The notes: a model not told the origin generated them from the letters alone. A stretch of 64,000 nt of DNA from an uncultured Gemmatimonadaceae bacterium (GCA_964638035.1 CAZWXD010000015.1:12289-76288); one strand, 5' to 3'. Numbered from the stretch's first letter, positions 54,014 through 63,980 are shown. Numbers and translations: made by a program.

Positions 54014-55096
54014 ATGCACACCGCTCGCGTCGCCCTGCTCCTCGTCCTGCTGGCCGCGTGCTCCCGGAGCGACCGCCGCCCGGCGCTCGCCGTTGATTCG
54101 GGTCCACCGCCCTTGCCGCAATGGGCCGGCTACGTGTCCCGCTCCGTGGCCGCCGCGCTGGGCGACTCGGCGTCGAGCATCGAGGGGCTGGCAGCGCATG
54201 ACGGGAAGCTCTACACGGTCGACTGGAAGGACGGGAGCATCTACCGCCTCACCCCGAACGACGCGAGCCCGAGCCCGCTCCTCGCGGTGGAGCGCGTCGG
54301 GGAACTGGGCACACGGCCCGGTACGGCCATCCTCGGCGTGGTCGCCGATCGACTCGGCAACCTCTACGCCGCGGCGCCGGCGAGTGGCACCATCTACCAG
54401 GTGCGGGGCAGTGCCCTCGGCACCCCCAGCTTCGACACCAGGCGCGATGTGCGGGTCTTCGCGACCGGCGCCGCGGGAGCCAACGGCCTGGCGTTCGACC
54501 GGACCGGCCAGCTCTGGATCACGGGCGGCGACCACAATGCCCTCTACCGGGTGGGGCCGAAGGGCGGCAAGGTGGTCGGGTTTGCCAGCGGCTATGCCAC
54601 GATCTCGCCGGACACCACCATGCCGGTCCGGCAGTACGTCACCAACGGCATTGCCTTCGACTCGAAGGGCAACGTGTACACCGCCAATACCGGCACCGGC
54701 GAGATCCAGCGCATCGAGGTGCGGCCGGACTATACGCCAGGGGCCATCACCACCTTCATCAGGGACACGCTGCTCCTGGGCGCCGACGGCCTCATCATGG
54801 ACGATGGCGACAACCTCTTTGTCGCGGCCAACTACAACAACTCGCTCTTCCGGGTCTCGCCGGACGGCAGGCTCGAGCTGGTCACCTCCGACAAGGCCGG
54901 GTTGGGCCGGGACGAGGCGGGCGTCCGGGTGGCACCGGGCGGCGAGCGCAAGGGCCCGAGCGACGTGCTCCGCTTTCCCGCCGAACTCAAGAAGGTCGGC
55001 AACACCATCTACATCGCCAACCTGAACTTCAAGGTGGGCGCCAACGCGGGACAGGCCTTCACGGGAGCCTCGGTTGCCGGGGTCCGCGTGAAGTAG
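54014..55096 (+). CDS. SMP-30/gluconolactonase/LRE-like (NHL-type) beta-propeller lipoprotein
   Basis: The start is at the ATG at 54014 (MHTARVALLLVLLAAC lipobox). Repeated blades are present: GLAAHDGKLYTVDW, GNLYAA, NGLAFDRTGQLWIT, NGIAFDSKGNVYTAN, DGLIMDDGDNLFVA. Confidence 0.8.
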   Translation: MHTARVALLLVLLAACSRSDRRPALAVDSGPPPLPQWAGYVSRSVAAALGDSASSIEGLAAHDGKLYTVDWKDGSIYRLTPNDASPSPLLAVERVGELGTRPGTAILGVVADRLGNLYAAAPASGTIYQVRGSALGTPSFDTRRDVRVFATGAAGANGLAFDRTGQLWITGGDHNALYRVGPKGGKVVGFASGYATISPDTTMPVRQYVTNGIAFDSKGNVYTANTGTGEIQRIEVRPDYTPGAITTFIRDTLLLGADGLIMDDGDNLFVAANYNNSLFRVSPDGRLELVTSDKAGLGRDEAGVRVAPGGERKGPSDVLRFPAELKKVGNTIYIANLNFKVGANAGQAFTGASVAGVRVK

Positions 55097-55103
55097 TGGT
55101 GCC

Positions 55104-56300
55104 ATGCCCCCGCGCCTGATGCACGTGGACCTCGACGCGTTCTTCGTGGAGGTCTGCCGCACCAGGATGCCGGAACTGCGAGCGGTCGACCTCCTCGTCG
55201 TGGGCGGGCGGCGGAATGCCCGCGGCGTGGTACAGTCCGCCTCGTACGGCGCGCGGAAGTTCGGGGTCCGGGCTGGCATGCCGATCGCCTGGGCGGTGGA
55301 ACTCTGCCCGGCAGCCACCTTCGTGCAGGGCGAGTTCGTGTGGTATCGCGAGGCCTCGCGCCGGGTCCGCGACCTCCTGGCAAGCCAGGCGCCCGCCGTG
55401 GTCATGGCGGGGCTCGACGAGGGCTACCTCGACTTCACCGGGACCGAGCGGCTGTATCCCGTCTCCCTCCTCCCTGTCGCCGAGCAGATTCGTGATGCCG
55501 TTGCCCGCGAGGCTGGCCTGGCCGTGAGCATCGGGATCGCCCCCAACAGAATGGTGGCGAAGATGGCGTCGGATGCCGCCAAGCCGCGCGGCATCATGGA
55601 GGTGCGGGCCGGGTGGGAGGAGGGATTCGTGGCCGGGCTTCCGCTGCGGGCCCTTCCCGGCGTGGGGCCCGCCACCGCGCGCCGCCTGGCCGACCTCGGC
55701 CTGGTGGATGCGTGGCAGGTACAGCAGAAGTCGGAGGCCGAACTCACCCGGTTGCTGGGCGACGACGCCGCGGGCCTCAAGCGGCGGGCGCATGGCCACG
55801 GCGGCACCGTCCTGCGGACGGGGCGCCTCCCGCGGTCGGTGAGCCGCGAGACCACCTTTGCCCATGACATCAGGAGCCTTCATGAACTCGAGGCGGTGCT
55901 GTTGCTCTTTGCCTCGCGCGTGGCGGCCCAGCTGCGCGATGAGCACCTGGTTGCCCGCACCGTGGTGCTGAAGCTCCGCCAGGACGACTTCACCACCGTG
56001 ACGCGGCGCGTGACACTGGCCGAGGCGACCGACCTGGAGCAGGACCTCTTCCGGGCGGCGCGACCGTTGCTGGCCCGCGCCTTCCAGGAGGTGCGGCGGC
56101 GGGACCGCGGTGCGCGCCTGATCGGGATTGCGGCCACCAACCTCGGCCAGGCCAGGGAGGCCGACCTGTTCGAGTCACCGGAGCGTGCCCAGATGCGAAA
56201 GCTGGCGGCGGCGGTGGATGAGGTGCGGGAGAAGTACGGCGCCAACGCCGTGGCGCCAGGACGCGTCGTGCCGCTGACCCGGCGCAAGCGCCGCAGCTGA
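55104..56300 (+). CDS. dinB: DNA polymerase IV (Y-family)
   Basis: 398 aa with the motifs HVDLDAFFVEV, ASYGARKFGVRAGMP, GLDEGYLD and SIGIAPNRMVAKMASD. Confidence 0.93.
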   Translation: MPPRLMHVDLDAFFVEVCRTRMPELRAVDLLVVGGRRNARGVVQSASYGARKFGVRAGMPIAWAVELCPAATFVQGEFVWYREASRRVRDLLASQAPAVVMAGLDEGYLDFTGTERLYPVSLLPVAEQIRDAVAREAGLAVSIGIAPNRMVAKMASDAAKPRGIMEVRAGWEEGFVAGLPLRALPGVGPATARRLADLGLVDAWQVQQKSEAELTRLLGDDAAGLKRRAHGHGGTVLRTGRLPRSVSRETTFAHDIRSLHELEAVLLLFASRVAAQLRDEHLVARTVVLKLRQDDFTTVTRRVTLAEATDLEQDLFRAARPLLARAFQEVRRRDRGARLIGIAATNLGQAREADLFESPERAQMRKLAAAVDEVREKYGANAVAPGRVVPLTRRKRRS

Positions 56301-56303
56301 ACC

Positions 56304-57857
56304 CTACCGGAGCCGCGCGCGGAGCACAGTCGTGTCGCGCAGGTCGCCGGCGTCGAAACGCAGGCGCACCTCGCCGGACGCCCGGTCAACCCTGGCGCCG
56401 AGCCCGGTGAACGTCGCCACGCGGCCATCCGGTGCGATCGCGCGAACGCTGCTGTTGGCATAGAGCGGGTAGAACCCGACGGGTACGCGCCTTCCGCCTG
56501 CGGGTACGGTGCAGCGGCAGGCGCGCTCGGCGCCGCTCCCCACGTTGATGCGGATCGACAGGGGCTGCCCCGTCGCGTTGGTGATGCGAGGCTGGAAGAG
56601 CGGGCGACTCCCCGCGTCCGCGCGCGCCTCGACCCGGAGCACCTGCTGGCGGGCATCCATCACCTCGGTGTGCTGCAGGGCCGCGCCAAGGGGCTGGTCA
56701 TTCCCCCCGCGCGCCACCACCGCATACCAGGACACCTGGAGGGCCGTGGTGCGCGGCACCTCCAGCCGGAGCGAGTCACCGGGCGCCACTCGCTGCTCGC
56801 CCTCGTGGCCCGCAATGACCGCCACCGGGATGGCCAATCGGTTCACCACGACGAGGGTTGACCTCACGGTGCTGGCCAGGCCCAGTGCGGCCGCAACCAG
56901 GAGCGCCGTGATCACGATGCCCATCGCCACGTGAGCCGGCGGCACCGCACGACGCCCCTGGGCAGGTGGTTCCTCGACGCCGGCCAGGGCCTGTCGCATC
57001 GCCATGGCATCGGGGAAGCGTGTGCTGCGGTCCTTGGCCAGGGCACGCACAACGGCCCGGGACACGGCGTCGGGAATCCCGCCACGGCGCGAGGCCGGCG
57101 TGGGGACCGGGGCGTGCACGTGCTTCCCCACGACTTCCTGGCTGTCCTCCCCTTCGTAGGGAGGCGAGCCCGCGAGCATCTGGAAGAGCACCGCGCCCAC
57201 CGCGTAGAGGTCGGCCCGGTGATCCACGTTCCCGTGGCCCAGCGCCTGCTCCGGGCTCATGTAGGCCGGCGTCCCCACGACAAACCCCGCCTGCGTGGTG
57301 GCCGGGACCGCATTGAGCCGCTTGGCAATCCCGAAGTCCACCAGCAGGGTCCGCCCCGACCTGGCGTCGATCATGACGTTGTCCGGCTTGATGTCGCGGT
57401 GAACGATCCCGGCGGCGTGCGCATGCGCCAGTGCGGCCAGCAGGTCGTCCGCGACAGCCACGGCCCGCTCCACCGGCAGCGGCCCTTCCCGCGCGAGCAG
57501 GTCGGTGAGCGTGGAGCCCTCCACCAGCGGCATCGCGTAATAGAGGAGGCCATGCCCTTCGCCGACGAAGTGGATCGGCAGGATGTTGGGATGGTCGAGT
57601 CGCGCCACCGCGCGAGCTTCCTCGCGAAAGCGGGTGCTGGAGCCTGGCGCGAGTGTCAGGCCCGGGTGCAGGACCTTCACCGCGAGCTGCCGATCGAGGT
57701 GCCGGTCGTGCACCCGGTACACCTCGGCGAACCCCCCGCGCCCGAGCAGGTCGAGCACCTCATACTGTGCGCCAAGGGCCTGTCCGAGGCGCACGGCGAG
57801 CGACTCCTCCACAGGAAGGGTCATGGTCTCGGTGGGTGCCGGGGCAGCGTCCGACAT
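56304..57857 (-). CDS. Membrane Ser/Thr protein kinase with an uncharacterised extracytoplasmic domain
   Basis: 517 aa. The Hanks kinase motifs are LGRGGFAEVY, AVKVL, HRDIKPDNVMI, DFGIAK and GTPAYMSPEQ. The TM is MGIVITALLVAAALGLA. A C-terminal domain of about 185 aa is shared with the next kinase. Confidence 0.9.
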   Translation of the reverse strand: MSDAAPAPTETMTLPVEESLAVRLGQALGAQYEVLDLLGRGGFAEVYRVHDRHLDRQLAVKVLHPGLTLAPGSSTRFREEARAVARLDHPNILPIHFVGEGHGLLYYAMPLVEGSTLTDLLAREGPLPVERAVAVADDLLAALAHAHAAGIVHRDIKPDNVMIDARSGRTLLVDFGIAKRLNAVPATTQAGFVVGTPAYMSPEQALGHGNVDHRADLYAVGAVLFQMLAGSPPYEGEDSQEVVGKHVHAPVPTPASRRGGIPDAVSRAVVRALAKDRSTRFPDAMAMRQALAGVEEPPAQGRRAVPPAHVAMGIVITALLVAAALGLASTVRSTLVVVNRLAIPVAVIAGHEGEQRVAPGDSLRLEVPRTTALQVSWYAVVARGGNDQPLGAALQHTEVMDARQQVLRVEARADAGSRPLFQPRITNATGQPLSIRINVGSGAERACRCTVPAGGRRVPVGFYPLYANSSVRAIAPDGRVATFTGLGARVDRASGEVRLRFDAGDLRDTTVLRARLR

Positions 57858-57884
57858 GGGGCCTGGCAGCGTGCGCTGCCGGTG

Positions 57885-59798
57885 TCAGTTGGGGAGGAAG
57901 CTCGGGGTGCTGGCGCGCCGGGCCGGCTTCGGGGCCGGCGGCGGTGCCGCTTCGGCAACCGGCACCGGCTCGGGCGCGGGGGCAGGCGGCAGCTCGATCA
58001 CCGCCACCGGCTGGAGGATCGGCTCCTCCACCACCTTGGGGGGCGGCGCCTTCGCTGCGTAGGCTTGCGAGCGCGTCTGCGGACGGGGCGTCACCGCGAC
58101 CGCCACGGGGAAGTCCCGCTTGTCCACCTGGATCGCCGCGTCGCCACGGGCATCCACGCGGGCACGGAAGCCGTTGTAGCGCGCCTGGCGTCCTGCCTTG
58201 TCGCGGACCCGGACCTCCGCGTCATCGCTGAGCTGGTAGTACCCCAGCCACACCGGGGCGTCACCGGCGGCCACCTCGCAGTCGCAGAGCCAGTCGCCGC
58301 TGGCCGAGGCGACCCCCACCGTGAGCACCATTCCCGAGGTATTGGTGATGTGCGGGGCGAACCATGAGCCCCCCGCAGCGGCCAGGTCGATCGACCGGTG
58401 AAGCGATCCCTGCGGATCATCGATCCTGATGTTCCCGCGCAGGACTTCTCCCATCGGCTTGCCTGCGGCTGACACCGGCCTCACCATGGCCCAGTCGGCG
58501 GCCAGCGCCTCACCAGCGGGCACCTCGAGGCGCATGCTGTCACCCGGCTGTACCAGCTGCGCCGGGCGACGGCCCTGGGTAACCCACACCGGGCTCATCA
58601 ATTGGTTGTCGATCACCAGGCTGGCCGAACCGGCCCCGCGGCCGAAGGCAAGCCAGAGCGCGGCCCCCGCAGCGAGTGCTGCGGGGATGGCAGTCCAGCG
58701 CGGCAGCCGGCGCACCGGTGCGGCAACGCGCGTGGGCTGCGTGGGCGATGGCCCCGCCGGCGTGATGGGCGCCGCCAGTACCACCGGTGACCGAAGGCCG
58801 GTCTCGATGCGCGCGACGATGCGCGCGGCCGTCACCTTGTCGGCTGGCGCCGTCGCCAGGCCGGCGCGCAGCGCCTCCACCACGTGCCCCGCCGAGGGGA
58901 ACCGGTCGGCAGGATCCTTGGCCATGCAGCGGACGATCACGTCGGACATCCACTTGGGGATGCGCGCATTCAGGTGGCTCGGCACGGGCACGGGATGGCT
59001 CAGGTGCTTGCCCACGATCTCCTGCGACGTCTTGCCGTCGAACGGCGGCGCCCCGGTGAGGAGCTGGAACACCATCGCGCCAAAGGCGTAGAGGTCGGCG
59101 CGGGCGTCCACCGTGTCACGGCCCAGGGCCTGCTCCGGGCTCATGTAGAGCGGCGTCCCCACCACGAAACCGGCCTGGGTGTGGGTCGCCACGCCATCGA
59201 GGCACTTGGCGATGCCGAAGTCCACGAGCAGCGGCCGTCCGCTCGCCGTTTCGAGCAGCACGTTGTCGGGCTTGATGTCGCGGTGCACGATGCCGAGGCT
59301 GTGGGCGTGCTCGAGTGCCTCGAGCACCGGGATGACCAGCTGCGCCACGAGGAGGGCATCGAGCGGTCCCTGCGCCACCAGCAGGTCGGCGAGGGTGCTC
59401 CCTTCCACGAAGGACATCACGTAGAACACGAGGCCATCCGCCTCACCCACGAAATGGATCGGCACGGTGCCCGGATGGTTCAGGCGGGCGATCGCACGGG
59501 CCTCCTGCTTGAAGCGCGCGCGCATGCCGTGGGTCCATGCCACGTCAGGACGGAGCACCTTCACCGCGAGGCGGCGGTCAAGTTCGATGTCGCAGATCTC
59601 GAAGACGTCGGAGAAACCGCCCTGCGCCAGGCGCCGGACCACCACGTACTGGGCACCCAGCGCCTCGCTCAACCGACTGATGAGGTCAGCGTCCCCGGCG
59701 TCCGTGATGGTGACGTCGCAGACGCACTGGCCCGCCGCACCCCCGCAGCGGGAGCACGTGACGCCGGTCACCGGAGAAGCCGGAAAGGAAGCGGTCAT
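57885..59798 (-). CDS. Membrane Ser/Thr protein kinase, tandem paralogue, with a Cys-rich N-terminus and a Pro/Ala-rich tail
   Basis: 637 aa. The N-terminus has CSRCGGAAGQCVC. The kinase motifs are LAQGGFSDVF, AVKVL, HRDIKPDNVLL, DFGIAK and GTPLYMSPEQ. The TM is IPAALAAGAALWLAF. The ectodomain is homologous to the 56304 kinase, and a PAPAPEPVPVAEAAPPPAPKP tail follows. Confidence 0.9.
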   Translation of the reverse strand: MTASFPASPVTGVTCSRCGGAAGQCVCDVTITDAGDADLISRLSEALGAQYVVVRRLAQGGFSDVFEICDIELDRRLAVKVLRPDVAWTHGMRARFKQEARAIARLNHPGTVPIHFVGEADGLVFYVMSFVEGSTLADLLVAQGPLDALLVAQLVIPVLEALEHAHSLGIVHRDIKPDNVLLETASGRPLLVDFGIAKCLDGVATHTQAGFVVGTPLYMSPEQALGRDTVDARADLYAFGAMVFQLLTGAPPFDGKTSQEIVGKHLSHPVPVPSHLNARIPKWMSDVIVRCMAKDPADRFPSAGHVVEALRAGLATAPADKVTAARIVARIETGLRSPVVLAAPITPAGPSPTQPTRVAAPVRRLPRWTAIPAALAAGAALWLAFGRGAGSASLVIDNQLMSPVWVTQGRRPAQLVQPGDSMRLEVPAGEALAADWAMVRPVSAAGKPMGEVLRGNIRIDDPQGSLHRSIDLAAAGGSWFAPHITNTSGMVLTVGVASASGDWLCDCEVAAGDAPVWLGYYQLSDDAEVRVRDKAGRQARYNGFRARVDARGDAAIQVDKRDFPVAVAVTPRPQTRSQAYAAKAPPPKVVEEPILQPVAVIELPPAPAPEPVPVAEAAPPPAPKPARRASTPSFLPN

Positions 59799-60059
59799 TC
59801 CCTTGCATCGTGCATGGCCGCGCCGGGCGCGCCCCCATGGGCCCCCTGGCGGGCGCGGGAAACTGCCGCCTACCCAGGGTATCCAAGCGCTGATTCCACG
59901 CTAAGTTGGAGCATCGTCCCGGTCCGGCGGCCAGGGGCCGGCCGCACGCAGGACACACCCCGAGGGGGCACAAACGGTGCCACCTGCGGTTTCCACGGGA
60001 AACGCGCGCCGCTGCGGCGCGGTGGCAGGCGCCGGGATACACACACGCCGGGACAGCGC

Positions 60060-60302
60060 ATGAATGACATGATGCCGGTGGCGTACGCGGTGGGAGCACT
60101 CGTGCTCGGCGGCTACGCGCTCATCCTGTACCGGACCAACCGGGTGAGGGGGCGCATGTTCGCCTGCCTGTCGCTTGCCCTGGCCCTGGGGTACGCGGAG
60201 CAGGCGCTCGGCGTCCCGGCGCTGCGCTGGGTGAGCTGGGGCTTCCTGGCCCTGGCCCTGGTGTTCATGGCCCTTGGACGCCGGCAGGCAACTGGCGACT
60301 GA
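60060..60302 (+). CDS. Hypothetical small membrane protein (80 aa)
   Basis: Only the last 81 codons of track ORF 58884..60302 look real: MNDMMPVAYAVGALVLGGYALILY...FLALALVFMALG. It has three hydrophobic segments. The rest of that ORF is antisense to the kinase. Confidence 0.4.
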   Translation: MNDMMPVAYAVGALVLGGYALILYRTNRVRGRMFACLSLALALGYAEQALGVPALRWVSWGFLALALVFMALGRRQATGD

Positions 60303-60402
60303 ACGGCGGGAGTTGTGCCCACGACGACGCAGGGGGTGCGGCCGCTCGCCGCACCCCCTGCCGTGTCACGGTGCGCCGCCACTCCGCAGCGCCGAGTACA
60401 GG

Positions 60403-60858
60403 TCAGTTGCTGGTCGAGTCCGCCCCGCGATTCCGCTCGAACGTCCCCGTGCGGTCGAGCGTCAGGTTGGTGCCCGCCGTGGGATCCACGTTCTGCACCC
60501 GGATCTCGAAGACGCCGTCGTTGCGGGCGTCGTAGTCCGTCACCGTTCCCATGCCGAGCGCGCTCCCCCGCTGCCCCTGCACGATGGGAATCGGGAGTGG
60601 TGCCTGGGCGCCGGGCGTCAGGGCCCGCACCGTGAACGTGACCCCCGAGGCGCTGGCACTCGCGCGGTAACGGTAGCCATTGCAGAGCAGGACCCGCCCG
60701 AAGTCAGCCTGGCTGTTGAAGAACTGCGAGAATACCCGCCCATCCTTCTGGGCCTGGCAGGCCGCGGCGACATCGGCTGGGGCCACCGACACCTGCTGCC
60801 CGCCACCGCCACCAGCACACCCCGCCAGGACCAGGCTTGCCATCACGAGACGACGCAT
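60403..60858 (-). CDS. Hypothetical lipoprotein (151 aa)
   Basis: The start was moved to the ATG at 60858 (MRRLVMASLVLAGC lipobox, followed by a Gly linker). I recognised no family. Confidence 0.55.
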   Translation of the reverse strand: MRRLVMASLVLAGCAGGGGGQQVSVAPADVAAACQAQKDGRVFSQFFNSQADFGRVLLCNGYRYRASASASGVTFTVRALTPGAQAPLPIPIVQGQRGSALGMGTVTDYDARNDGVFEIRVQNVDPTAGTNLTLDRTGTFERNRGADSTSN

Positions 60859-61090
60859 ACGGTTGTTGCTCCCATGGTTGATGGACGAACGGTGTGCATG
60901 CCGGGCGCCCGGGAGACGACAGGGCACGCTGCGCTGGCACACGTTGTACGCCGGAGAAGCTACCGCGGCCCCGCCCGGTCCACCAGCACACGAGAGGGAC
61001 GACGAGCACCCGCGTCCCGGCGTGCCGGCCACATTGTCGTTAGAATCGTCCAGCCAGCTCGCCCCGCACTCCCTTCGTGAGGGTCGTCGC

Positions 61091-63202
61091 ATGCTCCGTA
61101 ACACACTCCTGTCGCTGTGCCTCCTGGCCGTCGTGTCGCCTGCCGCGTACGCCCAGGCCGGTGGCGCGTCTGACACCGATCCCTACACCTGGCTGGAAGA
61201 CAAGGACGGCGCACGGGCGATGGCATGGGTGGCCGCGGAGAACGCGAAGACCCTTCCCCGGCTGGAGGGCGACCCGCGATACCGGGCCTACCAGGAACAG
61301 GCCTACGCCATTGCGGCCGCCCAGGACCGTATTCCCTACCCGGCGCTCGCCAACGGCAGGGTGCTGAACTTCTGGCGCGATGGCGAGCATCCGCATGGCG
61401 TCTGGCGCTGGACCACCGAGGCCGGCTTCCGGAAGGCCCAGCCTCAGTGGACCACGCTCCTCGACCTGGACGCCCTGGGCAAGGCCGAGGGCAGGAACTG
61501 GGTGTGGAAGGGCGCCAACTGCCTGCAACCCGAGGAACGCCTCTGCCTTGTGGCACTCTCCGATGGGGGCGAAGACGCCGTGACCCTCCGGGAGTTCGAC
61601 GTGCGCACCGGGCGCTTCGTGGCCGGTGGCTTCGCGCTCCCCCTGTCCAAGCAGAATGTCTCGTGGCTGGACGAGAACACCCTCCTCGTGGCAAGGGACT
61701 GGGGTGCAGGCAGCCTGACGGCATCGGGGTACGCCTTCGTGGTCAAGTCCCTGGCACGGGGGCAGCCGCTCTCCCAGGCGCGCGAGGTCTTTCGCGGCGC
61801 CGAGACCGACCAACTGGGTTCCTGGGCCTCTGTGCTGCGCGATGGGCAGGGCAACACCCTGCCGATCGTGGGCCGCGGCGTCACCTTCTTTGCCCGCGAG
61901 ATGTTCGCGTTGACGCCCGGAGGCCCGGTGAGGCTTCCGCTCCCGGCGCGAAGCCGCCTTGCCGGGATGGTGGACGGCCAGGTGCTGGTGACGACCAGTG
62001 AGGACTGGGCGGTGGATGGACGGAGGGTGCCGGCGGGCGCGCTGCTGGCCGTCGATCGCCGGCAGTTCACCGGCGGACCCATGACCCCGGTCGTGATCTT
62101 CCAGCCTGGTGCGCGGCAATCGGTCGAAGGGGTCACGGCCACGAAGGACCGTGTCGTCGTGACGATCCTCGACAACGTGCGGAGTCGCGTGGTCACCTAC
62201 GCGCACGGCGCAGGCGGGTGGCGCGCCCGCCCCGTCACGCTCCCCGACAATGCCACCATCAACGTGGTCGCCGCGACCCGGGCGGGGAACGAGGTGTACC
62301 TCAACGTGACCGGCTTCCTCGACCCGCCCGCCCTCTGGTCGCTCGATGCGGTCACCGGGCAGGTGGCGCGGGTGAAGGCACTGCCCCACCGGTTCGACAG
62401 CTCGCGTGACACGGTGCAGCAGTTCGAGGCCACCTCGAGCGACGGGACCAGGGTGCCGTACTTCATCGTGCACCGGAAGGGGATCCCGCTCGACGGCTCC
62501 ACCCCGACCATCATGACGGCATACGGCGGGTTCGAGTTCTCAATGAACCCGTCGTACCTCGCCACGGTTGGCAAGCTCTGGCTCGAGCAGGGCGGGAGCT
62601 ATGTGCTGGCCAACATCCGCGGCGGCGGCGAGTTCGGGCCGGCGTGGCACGAGGCGGGACGCAAGACGAAGCGGCAGGTCATCTACGACGACTTCGCGGC
62701 CGTGGGGCGCGACATCATTGCCCGTGGGCTCTCGAGTCCGGCACGCCTGGGCATCTATGGCGGATCGAACGGCGGGCTGCTCATGGGCGTGGAGATGACC
62801 CAGCACCCCGACCTCTGGGGGGCCGTGGTGATCCAGGTGCCGCTGCTCGACATGGAGCGGTACGAACAGATCCAGGCGGGTGCATCGTGGGTGGACGAGT
62901 ACGGGTCGATGTCGGTGCCGGAGGAGGCTGCGTTCCTCCGGAGCATTTCGCCCTACGCCAACCTGAAGCGGGGCGTGAAGTATCCCGAGCCCTACATCTG
63001 GACCACCACCAAGGATGACCGCGTCGGGCCGCAGCATGCCCGGAAATTCGCGGCGCGGATGGGAGCATACGGCCTTCCCTACCTGTTCTACGAGGACACC
63101 GCCGGGGGGCATTCCGGCGATGCCGACATCGCGCAGGGTGCCCGGCTCCAGGCCCTGCAGATGACGTACTTCAGCCAGAAGCTGCAGGATCGCATCGACT
63201 GA
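61091..63202 (+). CDS. Prolyl-oligopeptidase-family serine peptidase (S9A-like), exported
   Basis: The start is at the ATG at 61091 (MLRNTLLSLCLLAVVSPAAYAQ). The N-terminus DPYTWLED...AMAWVAAENAKT is typical of POP. The catalytic motifs are GIYGGSNGGLLMG, TTTKDDRVGPQHARKF and DTAGGHSG. Confidence 0.9.
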   Translation: MLRNTLLSLCLLAVVSPAAYAQAGGASDTDPYTWLEDKDGARAMAWVAAENAKTLPRLEGDPRYRAYQEQAYAIAAAQDRIPYPALANGRVLNFWRDGEHPHGVWRWTTEAGFRKAQPQWTTLLDLDALGKAEGRNWVWKGANCLQPEERLCLVALSDGGEDAVTLREFDVRTGRFVAGGFALPLSKQNVSWLDENTLLVARDWGAGSLTASGYAFVVKSLARGQPLSQAREVFRGAETDQLGSWASVLRDGQGNTLPIVGRGVTFFAREMFALTPGGPVRLPLPARSRLAGMVDGQVLVTTSEDWAVDGRRVPAGALLAVDRRQFTGGPMTPVVIFQPGARQSVEGVTATKDRVVVTILDNVRSRVVTYAHGAGGWRARPVTLPDNATINVVAATRAGNEVYLNVTGFLDPPALWSLDAVTGQVARVKALPHRFDSSRDTVQQFEATSSDGTRVPYFIVHRKGIPLDGSTPTIMTAYGGFEFSMNPSYLATVGKLWLEQGGSYVLANIRGGGEFGPAWHEAGRKTKRQVIYDDFAAVGRDIIARGLSSPARLGIYGGSNGGLLMGVEMTQHPDLWGAVVIQVPLLDMERYEQIQAGASWVDEYGSMSVPEEAAFLRSISPYANLKRGVKYPEPYIWTTTKDDRVGPQHARKFAARMGAYGLPYLFYEDTAGGHSGDADIAQGARLQALQMTYFSQKLQDRID

Positions 63203-63215
63203 CACGCGCGTGGGA

Positions 63216-63980
63216 TCAGCGGTGGTAGGCGAGCATCCAGGTGTAGATGTCGTGGCCCGCGCTCCCGTCGTAGGTCCGGCTCCAGGAGTCGTGGCCCACG
63301 CCGGGATAGAGCGTGAGCGTCGGCGCCACCGATGGCGCTGGCACGCAGGCGTTCAGCGCGTTCACCGAGTTCACCGACCCGGACATGTTCACCGTGCCGT
63401 CGGCATCACCGTGGAAGGCCCACACCGGGACGTCGCGCATGGCGCACACCGCCGTCCCGGTCGCACCACCGCCGGCGATGGGTACCACGGCGGCCACGCG
63501 CCCCGGGAAGTTCCGGGCATAGTTCCAGGTGCCGTACCCGCCCAGGCTGAGCCCCGTCACGTAGATCCGCGTCGTGTCGATGCGGTAGGTCGCGACAGCA
63601 CGGGTCACCAGCTCATCCACCAGCCCGGCTGACCAGCTTCCCTGGGACGACGGCAACTGCGGTGAGACGAGCACGAAGGGAAAGTCGCGGCCCGCCTTCA
63701 CCAGCTTGGGCGGCCCATGGACCGTCACCCGCGCCAGCTCGGTGGTGCCGTTGCCCTTCTCGCCCGATCCATGGAGGAACACGAGCAGCGGCAGTGTTGC
63801 ATCCGGGTCGAGATAGTGCGCCTCGGGGAGGTAGGCGTAGTAGCCCACCGTGGTCCCCAGTGCGGCGCTCTCGTACGACTGGCCCGGCTGCCGCTGGGCC
63901 AGGGTGACCGCAAGGTGCTCGACGCGTCCGGCGTCGTCAGGCACCGGCCCGGCGTCGGTCGCCCTCGCGGCGAGGTACAC
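63216..63980 (-). CDS. Alpha/beta-hydrolase esterase (phospholipase/carboxylesterase or PHB-depolymerase-like)
   Basis: The motifs are LLVFLHGSGEKG, VTGLSLGGYGTW (GxSxG), AFHGDADGTV and GVGHDSW. The listed start is a GTG at 63980. No in-frame stop lies between it and the window edge, so the true start may lie beyond 64000. Confidence 0.75.
   Translation of the reverse strand: MYLAARATDAGPVPDDAGRVEHLAVTLAQRQPGQSYESAALGTTVGYYAYLPEAHYLDPDATLPLLVFLHGSGEKGNGTTELARVTVHGPPKLVKAGRDFPFVLVSPQLPSSQGSWSAGLVDELVTRAVATYRIDTTRIYVTGLSLGGYGTWNYARNFPGRVAAVVPIAGGGATGTAVCAMRDVPVWAFHGDADGTVNMSGSVNSVNALNACVPAPSVAPTLTLYPGVGHDSWSRTYDGSAGHDIYTWMLAYHR

Noticed and set aside
53213-55405. 730-aa minus-strand ORF
   Set aside because: It is antisense to the ABC ATPase, the propeller lipoprotein and dinB, all of which have clear family motifs. 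Its composition is dominated by R/A/P/G.
58884-60059. First 392 codons of the 472-aa + strand ORF
   Set aside because: This part is antisense to the second Ser/Thr kinase and is R/H/E/G-rich. Only the final 80 residues beyond the kinase gene form hydrophobic helices.
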